Shown piece by piece: positions 24,501 to 37,967 of a stretch of DNA of 64,000 bases. The notes under the pieces are model-generated. The model was not told the DNA's origin. It made no database searches and saw only the letters and a program-made list of their open reading frames with translations. The stretch covers positions 47,430,001 through 47,494,000 of the forward strand of contig NC_087249.1 in assembly GCF_037042905.1 (NCBI RefSeq), read 5' to 3'. The DNA comes from Lytechinus pictus (lineage: Eukaryota). Position 1 is the stretch's first letter. The number at the start of each line of letters is the position of its first letter. Made by a program: the position numbers and the translations under genes.

Positions 24501-27500
24501 TCAAAAATTTTCTGCTCGCGCTTTGTGCTCGCATTATTAATGTAGGAAGATCCCCTATTACTCATTCTTTTCATGATTTACAAAACATGAATAGTGTCAC
24601 GTTTTTAGGTGTAAATCTCGATTTTTTTTCCCGCTCGCTTCGCGCTCGCATTAATTGTTTAGTTATATACTTATCCTGTTCACGATTACAAAAATTAATT
24701 AAAATTTTAAATTCTTTATGTAGAAATGTCAAAAATTTTCAGCTCGCGCTTTGCGCTCGCATTATTTATTTATTGAAATATGTAACGTTTTCATGGCTAA
24801 GTGCTAGCAGTCTTTAACAGGTACATTTTCGATCAGTTCAAAACGTATATAAAAAATTTCTGCTCGCGCTCTGCGCTCGCATTATTTATGTAAGGAAGAT
24901 CCCCACTTACTCATCCTTTTCATGATTTACAAAACTTGAATAGAGTGCCTCGTTGAGTAGGTCTAAATCTCTAATTTCCACTTGGTCTAATTTCTATTTA
25001 GTCTAATTTCCACTTGGTCTAATATCCAATTGGTCTAATGACCACTTGGTCTAATGACCAGTTAGGCTAATCGTCACTTGGTCTAATTTTTATTTGGTCT
25101 AATTCACACTTGGTCTAATGTCCATTTATTCTACTATAGCATCATTCATTATTATTTATTTTATCTAGAATTAGCCAATATGATACGCAATGGATAAATA
25201 CCATGCATCAGTTAATACATATCGCCAGGATCCGGAGGGGTAGAGCTGGGGTAGAGCTGGTGAGCGCAAAACCTCACCGTGAAGTACTATCGATGACAAG
25301 ATAGTAGCTCATCAAAAAAATTATTATAATAAAATAATTCTCATAATTAGGCCTGTATATCGATTATAAGATGATGATAAAAATTACATCATACTCATAA
25401 TCATTACATCACCGCATGCACATTTACAGAACAATAAGTTGGGGACCTTGTAGCTTATAATGGTCGAATGGCGGGGTTTCATCAGAATAAAATTATTATG
25501 AAGAAAGGAACGAAAATATAATGTAATTGATTGTGTGGATACGTATCTGGTAAACATGTTTATGCCTCTTTTAAATCATTGTTATGCACCATTACGGACG
25601 ATACTTGAACTTGATGGCCTAGTTATGCAGTTTGGGGGATTCCAAAACTCACAAAGCCACTAGATCATGCAATTTTGTTATGAAGATTTGTTTAGTTATT
25701 TCAATAGTTAGTTTGGAGGCAAATAACAGACCAGTTAGATATAGTTTGATAACACTGTACAGGTCTATTGGGTTAGCTGCGACAACATCACTGCGACCAT
25801 CTTGGTAGCAGCCACATCATTATGACGTGTAATAACATAGTATACATGTAGTCTACCCTTGCAGACCTTTATCAGTTATCACCACAGTAGTCATTCATCT
25901 TATATATCTTCGCATTCTGTTTTTTGTTCTACTTCTTCGCCTCTTCCTTAAAATGGATTGGCAAGGTTTCCACCACATCAGGGAAATAAAGGAAATCAGG
26001 GATTTTTTAAAACGTTTTTCCAGTCAGGGAGTCAAATCCGGGGAAAATTACTCAAATGAGGGCAAAATCAGGGAATTTGATCGGCCCAAAAGTCGAAAGC
26101 ATGATAGTCAGTCAGACTCTGTTATATTTTGTTGTATATTAAAACAACATTCATTGAATGACATGTTATGGTGGTTTTTTTTTGTGTAGCCTCTTCTACT
26201 ACAATACAAGTATAGGCCTACTGGTACACTATACATGCATAACTAAAATAATAATAATACATGTAATTCACTGCAACAACTTAGAAAACATGAGAAACTG
26301 GGAATGGGTTTAAATAATTATCAAGGAATTTTTCAACTTCATCAGAGAAAAATCAGGGATTTTTGTTTTCTTGAAAAGTTGGGAACCATGATTGGGTTAA
26401 GCCAGCGTTGACTATCTACAGTAGATCGTAAACATAGAGGTCGATAAATAAAAATCATATTTTTTCACCTCTATATTAGCGTTATTTTACATAAATATAG
26501 CAAATTTGATTGTTTTTCACCAAAACCTTCAAAAATCCCCTGAAACAGACAACAACAAAAATCCCCAAAGTTTGTTTAATCCCCAAATAATTTTTTTGGT
26601 CCCCACAGGCTTTAGAAAATCCCCATATTTTCAAAATTCAGTAGTGGACGAAATATACGTCACTCTAACTGTACTCCAATATCGAGGGGCGCGCGTGTGA
26701 AGATTCGAAGCCGGCGCGCGGAAAGTATAACTTTAAAAATTTCACCAGAAAATTGAAAACAAGTCACCATGCAGACTTTACAAATTAGACCAAATGGCAT
26801 GTAGACGAAATGAATGTTAGACTATCTGGAAATTAGACCAAGTGGAAATTAGACCAAGTGGCTATTAGACCAAGTGGTCATTAGACCAATTGGCTATTAG
26901 ACCAAGTGGCCATTAGACCAAGTGGATATTAGACCAAGTGGTCATTAGACTAATTGGCTATTAGACCAAGTGGTCATTAGACCAAAAGAGAATTGGACTA
27001 AGTGGGTTTAGCCCGAATGTTGTTAGCCCATCTGATATGATTAGACCGAGTGATAATAGACCATCCGCCAGTAAACCGTTGAGACAACACTGGTTTGGCG
27101 TTATAATATAGGTACACATTTAGTGTTAAACCATTATTGGTTTGATTCTTAACTGGTGTTACGATTCTCTGGTGTGGACTGATCCCGGGGGACTGATATA
27201 GATACCGGGCAGGTGTTAAATCAACACCGGTGTGTTTGCAGTGTATTGTCAATACTATTATTATTATCATTAATATTCTCTTTCGCAATTTATACAAATA
27301 GCTTCTGAAGATTCGGTAAAAAAAATCATTATTCAAAGAGATTGTCGGGGAGATTGTTCATGTTATGCACCAACTGTTAAATTAACAGTCATGATTAAAT
27401 CAAGGAGATATCTCATGACGATGCGCCGGTCTGCCAAGCACGACCAAGGGCATCCAGGTTCCTCGCTCACGGAGTAATTCCAACGGAAGGAGGGCGGTGT

Positions 27501-28397
27501 CAATGTACTATCCACCGCTTCACCGGGCCGCTGCATATGGCTACACAAGTCATGTACTGCACTTGTACTGCACTGCACATGTACATGTACATAATAATCT
27601 CACGCTACAGCGCTATATACTTCTCCCGATCAACGCATCATGTACCATGGTATGGCTACCAACCGTGAAAATCCCAATACTTGGTAATGGATGTGCTGTT
27701 CTTGCTTTTATCTTTCATTATAATTCCATCATGTAGCAATCAGTTTTTAGCAGGACAAGGTAAGGTATATATGGTAGCGATAATGTATATATCTATATAT
27801 AGAGAGAAGGAAAACAATGGTTACTTTAAATAGTGAGACCTTGGAGTTGGAGATTTTGATCCATAGTCAGTCTATGCAAAATTCTGCTTTACACTGCAGG
27901 GTGACTGATCACAAAATTTAAACGCAACCCTCGGCCCTCTGGATGGTTACGTGTGTTAATGTTGAACTCAATGTTGTTGTTATGTTCTTGTGGATTTTAA
28001 GGCGTGTATACGTGAGTATCATCCGCGGAGTAGACAAGGCCCAGGCCTGCGTGGGGATAGGAGACAAGGGAAGGATAGGTGGATTCGAGGCCGGCGGTGG
28101 TTAGTCTTCTCTTCAGGCACAGACCCTGATTTATTTTTTATCAACAAACGGGTTTCACACGAGACAAGCACAAAAAAAGGACTGTTTCAAAATGGACCTT
28201 TAGTTAGTACACAAGGCAGCATATTAAGACCACCTTTCCTTTAATCATTTAATGATTTGCACAGCAAACTAATTTGGCAATACGACATTATAAACCAAAC
28301 CTTTGCCTTGGTTTTTTTTTATTATCGTATGTACTATGTTCATTCGCTTAATAGCCCTGTATCATTATTATTATAATTTTATATATATAGATATTAT

Positions 28398-28451
<54 letters not shown>

Positions 28452-31400
28452 AAAGAAATGGATGAAGAGAACAATGGTAGGCGTAGCTTAAATCAAGGTT
28501 CCCCAGAGCTATCTACCCTTTGGAAAAATTGGTGATGCCGAAAAAATGTCCCTGCCGGGAATCGAACCCGGGCCCCCAGCTTTGAACGCCGGTGCCTTAA
28601 CCACTAGACCACAGAGACGGGTTAGTGGCTAAGGCGACCCCGATCCGATTGACCGTCAGATAGACAGATTTTCGACACTATACCAATTATAATTTCCTTT
28701 GTCGGGTGAAGGTGGGTTTCGAACAATGACAAGCCGCCATGCTTCAGCTGGATCAAAGCTATTGCTTTGATACAGTACACGTATGGGAGAAAGTATACAA
28801 AATGTGTAAAGTTATACATGTACAACAGCTTTGGCAACTCTTTTATTTATATATATATATATGTACATTATTGTATCATTATTAGAAGATACCACAGGGA
28901 CCACATGGACACAAAGGTCATGGATTATCAAAGGATGAAATGTCGGACATATATTCAAACTCTGTCTATTAGCTGTGATCACTATTTTATGGGCAAAACA
29001 ATCAATAATCGTCAACTTGCACAGTAACTTTTTTAATGTTCCAACATAGTGCCTATAGGTTTTATATGAATATTAGATCATCTATCATAATATATTGAAG
29101 TATATTTGAGTTTCTTATTGTTTTATTCTATCGTACTATATTTAGTTTTCATTATCATTATTGCTCGTCTTGGTTTTATAGTTATATTATATACTTAATT
29201 GAGTTCGGTTCAGGTTTATTGAGGGGACGGGGATGGTCCTAATCTAATGTAAGGATCCCGCCCCGTGAATGTACCTAGTCACTTTCGCTACGTCATAATT
29301 GTGTTTCAATTGCCACGCAAACTTTCATGGCCCTGAGAAGGGGGGATGCTGCGGGGCTGCGTGAAGCACCATCAAAAATTGTCCTTGGGGTGCTGCGTGT
29401 ATTATATTCTCCACAGGCAAAACCACCAAGTATTCCGGAAGATGTTTAAAAATGGAAAATGTAGCCAAAATCACCTTCATTTTGTAGTGAAACCTTTTTT
29501 TTTTTTTTTTTTTTTGCTTTTCAAATTTACATCCGCACCCCACTTAAAATCCGTTTCCAGGGCCCTGCAAACTTTGATAGCTCTACAGAAATTGAGAAAA
29601 ATTATCTTTTGAGCCGTTCTCCAATTGACACTAGGCTTGACACCATGAAAAGATTGACAGTGGGGGAAGTTCACCCCGGTTTCAAACAAGAAAACACACA
29701 CGTAGAAATTAGATGATTTTGATATTAATGTTTATGGTTCCCATTGCGTCTTACAGCTATCGAGGGATCGCTGCGACTCGTCGATGGCCTTACATCCAAC
29801 GAGGGGCGTGTAGAAATCTACAAGAATGGTGAATGGGGAACAATATGTGACGATAGTTGGGATATATCTGACGCCAAAGTGGTGTGTCGTCAGTTGGGTA
29901 ACCCGGGAGCGGAGTTGGCATTCACAAGGTCGCTGTTTGGCGGAGGAGTCGGCAGGATCTGGATGAGGGAGGTACAGTGCAGTGGCACAGAGAAGTTGCT
30001 CTCGGAATGTTCCTTTAGTGATTATGACATATGTGACCATTCAGAGGATGCAGGAGTCAGGTGCCTGGTTGATGCTGGTAAGTTGGTCAGTTGGCAGCTT
30101 TGTGTTTTTGTGACGGAAGTTCCGTAAACGCTGAATATAACGTTATGACTAAAGTTCCCTTAGCTCACGTCGCGTTTAATATCATCATTGTTTTAATTGT
30201 TATGAAGCCACGATATTAGTCATAAATTCAGGTGGGCAGTGCGGCTCTACGCGTCTTAAATTTGTGAGGACAATAAATATACCAAGAACCGTTGTGAGAA
30301 TTTAGGGATGCAAGAGGCATGAAAACTATTCTCTGTCATATCCTCGCATTAATACTTTTTTTTTAAATTATTGTATTGGATTTAAGAACCGGCTGAGGGA
30401 GACCTACGTTTGATGGATGGCAATGAAACTAACCAAGGACGCCTAGAGGTTTTCTACCATGCCGAATGGGGCACGGTGTGTGGCAAGAAATGGGGACTAG
30501 CAGAAACCAAAGCAGCCTGCAGACAGCTTGGATTCAAAGGAGGAGCCTCCTTCAGCACTGGAACTGGATTTGGAGATGGAAGTGGCCGAGGGTGGCTGGA
30601 TCCTGTCGTGTGCAAAGGCAACGAGAATCGCCTGGAGGAATGTTCCAGAAGTGAATGGGTTTCATCCGAATGCAGCAATGATAAGAATATCGGTGTGGTG
30701 TGTCTACATACAGAAGGTTAGACCATTCTCGGAGGTCATTTCTACGGAAACTTAATTATTGATAAGTTATTATGTTGACATGGCGAGATACGTCCACCAG
30801 TATCTCACTATCTGCTTGGCAAGAAAATGTATTTCGTCATGGCGACATCTGGCTAGTCTGCTGGCACAGAATCTGATTGAAACTTTGACAGAAACTAGCA
30901 GATTAAAAATTTGCTATTTGGCCTTCAGTACAGAGTACAGAAGTCATTCTAGGCTGTGTATTCATCTCGAGTGAAGCGTTTGCACAGCAGACTACCATAC
31001 AACTTTTTATAAGACGACTTGGTGAAATAACGTATCTCTCCATGACGACCTACAACTTTTTATAAGTTGACTTGATAAGGTAACATATCTCGCCATGTCG
31101 ACATACAACTTTCTATATAGTCGGCTTAACAAGATAACATTTCTCGCGTTGTAAACATCGTAAGGCTACTAGGACGACTTGGTAAGACATATTATCTCAC
31201 CATGTTGAATAAAAGCACCATTATGTCGACATGGTCAGATAAAATATCTTACCATCTTGTCGGGTCGACAGCAGTTCAAACCTACCATACATTCCCATGT
31301 GAGGCAAAGAAAAAAAAGAAATACCACGGAGCAAGGGTTGATCAAAAAGGTAGAATGCTCCTACCTTCTTACACATTATTGGCGAAAGTAACCTTTGTTT

Positions 31401-34400
31401 CGATGGACAGGATAGGGTGTTCCTTTTCAGTAAAGATAAGAAAACTTATCAAGAGGTCTGCTACGTTATAACCAATTAACGATACATGTAGATATTCTTC
31501 TTTTTCAGTGTGTATTATCACATATCGTATTAACACACCAAATAGTAATTATGACATCATGAATAAAACTTGCAGGTACTTTGTCATATGAATGTTCCAA
31601 TGTAGGTCATCTTGGTAGTCATTGTTACGTCATTAAAGATATTAATACTGGCACCGTCTGAATTTTCATAATCTTGAGACACAGTAAAATACTGTTTTTA
31701 AAATTCTATACAATGCTGCTTACTATAATTATGTACCCTAGAGTAGTTGTTTAAGAGTTTACCCCTATAACCGCCAGGGGGGGGGGGGTGAATCAAACCC
31801 CCCTCGACATTTTCCGTGACCATTCCGCTGGGCGAAATTTTTCGCACGCGCCACTCGCTGACTTTTTACTTGGAAGTCTTGCATATCTTTTGAGCCCAAA
31901 ATAATTTACGATGCCCGGGTATGCGGTTGAAATATTTCGCAACATAAGGTAAGTGCATGTGAGACCCAAAATGCTCAAAAACATGATTTTGTGGACAAAG
32001 TCAATGTGAAGTGAGTTTTCTCATCTTATTCATACAGATATGGTTATTTTTACTTTCATCAGCTGAAGTTAATTGATTTTAGCATACTTATCCTTCATAA
32101 AGGTTCTGCTTTTTTTTTTTGGGGGGGGGGGGGGCAAAGAAAAACAAAAGGCCGAGAAAAAAGAAATACATAATTCATAAAACAATAAATTCATATTCAA
32201 ACCAGAGTGTTTTCATTTGTAATAGTTAGCAATGCTGTAAAGAATTTAAACACCAAAAATTAGCATTCTAGGAGTTTTTTATGAATTAGAGTAAACATAT
32301 GTTTTACGCATAAATTAGCATAACTAATTCATATTAAAATAAAATCTTAAAAGAAAAATCAACCACACAGCCTTGTAGATCACATCCCACACTATTATCA
32401 TGCTAATTTTCACGGCGTTCGCGCGATCGGCGGCCGAGATCTCAACCACCCCCCCCCTCCCCTGTCATATAATACCAAAAATAAGCCCGATCTGGTTAGG
32501 GTTAAACAAAAATGCTTAGTTCATTGAGAATTTGATACTAAAATCAAACTTAGTTTACAATTTGTAAACACTCGTTCAGACTGTTTAAGCAACAACTGCA
32601 AGGTTCATATACAGCGTTGTATAACAAAAATGAGAAACAGTGTCTTTACTGTGCATTAATTGTTCAGATGGAGATTCGCGCCTCGCGGACGGGAGCAGCC
32701 AAGCCCATGGGCGAGTGGAGGTGTATTACCAGGGTATCTGGGGCACTGTTTGCAACAGCAGATGGACCAAGGATGAAGCTGACGTAGTGTGCATGGGTTT
32801 GGGGTACGACGATGCAGCCAGGACCAGCGTCCTCAATGTCCCTGGTGGAAGCGGGATGATCCTCCTGGATGATGTGAACTGCATCGGCTTGGGGCGATCA
32901 CTGCGATCTTGCAAGTCTCGAGGATGGGGTGTTCATGACAACTGCACTCACGATGATGACATCGCTATTAAATGCAGAAGTGAGTATGTCATATTTCTTC
33001 TGTATCTTGTGGTATGCATTCGAGTATAGGTGTCTCTTTGTCTCATTTATAGTGTATGTATCGTTAGACTCCTTTCGAATTTTACACATTTATGCTTAAT
33101 TTTCTATAATTCGGTTATTTTAAGTTGGTATTGTTAAATAATAAATTGCAATGTACTTTGTAAATGTACATCATTGTTCAATTATTTTCCAAATCATAAA
33201 CGTAAGTATTAAGCGCTACTCAAATTGAACTTATTATGGTAATGTACGTTCATTACAAGATTAAAACAGACCGGCCTCCATAGATTTACGTAAAGAAAAC
33301 TACTCGTATGTTTTGAATCCGATCTCAAAAGTTGTAGACGACATCGAGGAAGAAATGTTGTGCACTCTGAAAATTAAAAAGAGTATAAGTTTTCAAAAGT
33401 ACACTAAAACAAACTTTGCAAGAAATAGTATAGTTGCATATATTATTGGATCCTGAAGTTTAATTAAATGGCATGAAACATTCGCAAAATAAGCTCAATG
33501 CATCTGTATATACAGTTGAAAAAGTCCTAATGTCTTGAAATCCACTGTTTTTTTAAACATATTTTTACTTGTGCTTTTGATTTGTAAATTTTAATACTTT
33601 TTTATTTATGTTTTTCCCTCGATATTGTTTTGTTCGTTTATGAACGAACTCCCTGAAAAAGACAAACATCGGCTGATCGTGGGCTATTTTACCGTGATTT
33701 GAATAAAATTGTCATCAAGTTGATACATTTTAAAATAATGGCTACAAAGATTGGACGCAGGGCTTTCAAGACAATCCTACATTTAAAAAAGCTGGGCAAG
33801 TAACAATATTTAAATAATACATGTATTATGTCAAGTTGATTTTAAATGATATCGTGTCAAGTTCATGCTAAATTTTATTTGATATTTTTCTTGTTTTCTT
33901 TTTCATACAGACAAGGGACCTCTGTCCTGGATACAAATAACTGGCATAGTTCTCGGTTGTCTAAGCGTTGTTATAGCCGTTTGTAAATGTTGTCTAAGGT
34001 GTCTCTTAAATGGAAGCTCAAATGCCACAACTGTTGTGGAATCGACGCCGGAAGGAACAACGCAAGACGGAGAAGAACCTGCTGCCGGTGAACCACTGAA
34101 TCCAAAGTCGGATACTTATGGAGAAAAGGTGTCACCGCCATCTTACGATGATATTGGACAGTTTCCAACAAAACCACAAGGAGATACCTCTGTGTGAAGA
34201 TATTAGACAACTGTAGATTACCACTGTGAAGAAAGTGTACTTTTCGAACCTGAAATTATGATAACATTATCTCCGACAGAAAAAAAGCCTCGACAGCTGA
34301 TTTAAAAGAAAAAGTTTACATCTTCTAGTAACCTAGACATATAATCTCCGCATGCTATCCCACTGCCCCAAAATGGAACAGCCAATTCGCTAAGGTAGGG

Positions 34401-37400
34401 TTTGTGTGGAATGGCAAAATTTATCGTTGTTGTAGCATGACATCGCCTTCGTGAAACAAGTCCAAGTTAATAAGTTCACTATGTATACAGTGAAAGTGCA
34501 AAATGGGTTTAACGAGCGCTTTTCTTTTTCATGTTTTCGCTTAGCAGGCAGAGCTGATAAAACCTTAATTTTGTTTGTGGAGTATTACTGATGAAGACGT
34601 GATAAGAGCTTGGTCTGCCGTGCTTAAAAACCCCTCATTACAACAGGCCGCCTGTGGGAGAAACGAATTTGGAGTGCGTCGCTAATTTTACACGACACTC
34701 GGCAAGCCAGTTGTTACTTTGAATACGAAGAGCGTATTCTACATCGCCTTGAGTTGCGATTACAGCCTGCCCTCTTCACGGTGAACGACTGTGATCTAAG
34801 AACCTTGTTCAACACTGAACAACATGCCTCATCGATGGGGAGACTCTTGCCCAGCTTGTTTAAATCTTGCCGGAAATTAATTCCTTTTTTTTAGTTTCTC
34901 AAATTCCAATAATAACTTATGAGTTATTTAGGCGGAGAGTTAGCAGATTATGTATAGTATAACATAGACGGAGAACAAGAAGGGGTGAGAAATGTTCACA
35001 AAGTCTTTTTTCAGAGACACACACCTTACTTAGGTAGGTAATAATCAAGCAACCAACTGTGTGTTTAAAGCACAAATTCGGATGGCAAATATTGTATGAT
35101 CGAAGGTCCTGACCAATGCAATGTCTTTGAAGATTTTTTTTTTCTGTATTTTGCCATTCAATTGTCAAATTCAAATTGAATAATTTCTTCCGTTTGATGT
35201 ATACACAGCGGCTGAAATTCCCCTTTTTTACTGGGATGAATAAAAACAATAACAAAAACACAATACCGTATGATTGTTTTAATGTTGAATTCATAAGGTG
35301 TAGTATGAAATGCTTGAATAGAGAAAATCAGACAGTCACAGCACTGATATTTCCATCAATATTCGATATGAAACAAAGGAGTTTTGGCAATGTCATTTGG
35401 GTAATTTTCACAAAACATTCAAATTCACATCCTGGTTAGTATGCAAAGCAGGGAGTCGGTTATGTCTCTCACACTCGTGAATTCTCTTGCATATTTTATC
35501 TGGAATACCAAATATTTCAATTTTCATAGATTTGATGATCAAGAAGACCTCCATCAAGTCACAAAATGAATTTAAAAAAATGAATTTAAAGACTGAATTG
35601 CATGTTCGATGAGGAGTTAAACTAGAATTTACATCATTGGAAGAAGATTTTTATTCGAGAATTACGTTAGTGGTTTTCATATTTGCACGTCTCCATTGAC
35701 GTGCATATCATTGTTTTCCGAAAAATAAGCAACACTTTTAAATTCTCATAACTTTCTTATTTTTGCATCTGTTATCGTTTATATTTTCAGTGTTTTGCTT
35801 GATTATATTAAGATATATTTATCATCAGTTATTTGATGGGTAAAACTTGATCTTTAACTCCTCAAAAAGCTTTGAGCACCGGAATCGATAGACTACCTTA
35901 GCCGGGGTAATAGAGTTCATTGAGCACCAAAAAGGTGGATGTGTGGCCTACATTGTTATATTTTCAAGGAAAGAGCGGGAGAAGGCTATGTAACATGGTC
36001 TCTCATTTGGAAAATGGTTCTCTTAATTATGGTTTGTTAGTTTTTAGTGCCTACACGAACATGCCTACCCCAAAATTGACCTTATATACTTTTTACAACT
36101 AAACAACTGTTTGACGGATCAACGCCAGATTCGATGCATGTAGCGAGTTAAGGCGATGATCTACTTTGCGTGGATTGTAATTGATTTAATTGAATATTGG
36201 GGATAAACCGATGTAAAACAATGTTATTGTATGATGTTCATTTGGTTCGTCAGTATTATCAAGTGTTTCATTATCAAGCATGATTATCCGAAATACCCCT
36301 TACATATTACCTATCAAACATTGTTCAGGACAGGGGCGGATCCAGGATTTTCTAAAGGGGGGGGGGGCACATTTTTCCGAGGAAAATTTGACAAGCACCA
36401 AATAAAGGGTTTAAAAAATATATATATTTTCCCCCCAAAAAAAATTAAAAAGCAAAAAAAAAAGGGTCTTCACTTTCAAAGGGGAGGGGGGCACACTTCT
36501 GTTTTAACGGCATTTTTGCATTACAGATTTTAATTTTGCTTCTCAATAGGGGGGGGGGGGGCACGGGCAGGCTGGACCCGCCAGTGGTTCACGACCATAG
36601 ATGAATAAGGTGTTTTGTTAAAACTGATTTCGTGGGGTGTTAGTTTTGGTAAAAACAAGAACAATTCTTGTTAACAAAAGTTAGTTCCTTTTTAGCAAAA
36701 TAATATCCAATAATATATCCATTCAAATTTCACATCATCACACTCACGTGCTCGTCCAACCACATTTTCACTTAAATATCTATATGAACATATGCAGCTC
36801 TGCAAAGTTAAAATTAATCCAATCACAAACATATACACACGCACACCCCAAACATATCCAACACACATTCCCACACACCCTCCCATATTCCCACAGACAA
36901 GTCCGGACAGTTGTTTTGGTTTATTTTCATTTTGTCCAATGCCGATTCGTTGCCAACTCGTCCTTAACATTTGGTCTACCATCAGTTCCTCCAATATCCA
37001 CGTGGTCTAATTGCCATTTCGTCCACTCACCCATTTCGTCTAATAACCAATTGTTCCAATATCCATTGTGTCCATATACCAGTAGGTCTAATTGGACAGT
37101 ATGAATGAAAACCAAAGGAATATTAGACCAACTGGTTATGAGACGAAATAGTCATAGACGAACTGGTGATTAGACGAAGTGATGATTGGACCAAATTGTT
37201 GTTAGACGAAATGTTGAAGGACGGAATGGCATTAAACTAAATGAGGGTAGTCCATGTGGTGAGTGGACGAGTTGGCAGTGGACGAATTGGCAATTTACCG
37301 TTGTTTTCAGGGATGGAACAGGATGGGTGCATTCCCATTGAATGCAGCGCACATTATGACGTGTGTCATTAGGGAGTTAACACACCACGATGCACGACAG

Positions 37401-37925
37401 ATTCAAGAACATAGAAAATCTATTGCCCTTCATGACACAAAAAACAACTAAGAAGTCTTTCTGATGAAAATGTGGTGAATCAAAACAGCAGTTTCGTGCT
37501 GAACTCTGGACAAATAACATATTTGTGATTTTTGTCAGCTTTGAAACTGAGAACGAAACTGCTGTTCTAGTTTACCAATTTTTGACAAAGACCTCCCAGC
37601 TGTTCATTGTCATTTGATGGGCATTATTTACTGAGTTGGTGAATCCGTTGTGCGTCACGAAGCGAAAACTCCATACTGTAACGCACAAAAAGCAAATCAA
37701 CAAGTAGAAATAAAAAGCAAACGAACGGCAATTATTGAGTTGGAGCTTACCAATTTCACAACGGTCGCCTGTCCAAGATGGGTCACATGTACAAGATATG
37801 GATGCACTAGAAAAGGATTCATTAACATCGTACGTGCACTCTCCAGAATTATAACAAGGGTTTACAGGCAAACATGGGTTATCTGAATAGAAAAGGGATT
37901 TTAAAATTCAATGATAATGATGATG

Positions 37926-37967
<42 letters not shown>

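Noticed and set aside
24960-27066. CRISPR-like short regularly spaced repeats
   Set aside because: No unique spacers or cas genes, eukaryotic context, and the units form inverted subterminal arrays.
28547-28618. Calling the UCA cloverleaf tRNA-Sec
   Set aside because: It has a 4-nt variable loop and a 7/5 fold; eukaryotic tRNA-Sec has a long variable arm and a 9/4 fold.
29663-29678. NF-kB-like site GGGGGAAGTTCACCCC in SRCR intron 1
   Set aside because: Imperfect match to GGGRNNYYCC, and such short motifs arise by chance.
34550-34920. Relatively GC-rich stretch with short open frames after the SRCR stop
   Set aside because: Translations are unrecognisable and interrupted; more simply 3' UTR or a decayed repeat.
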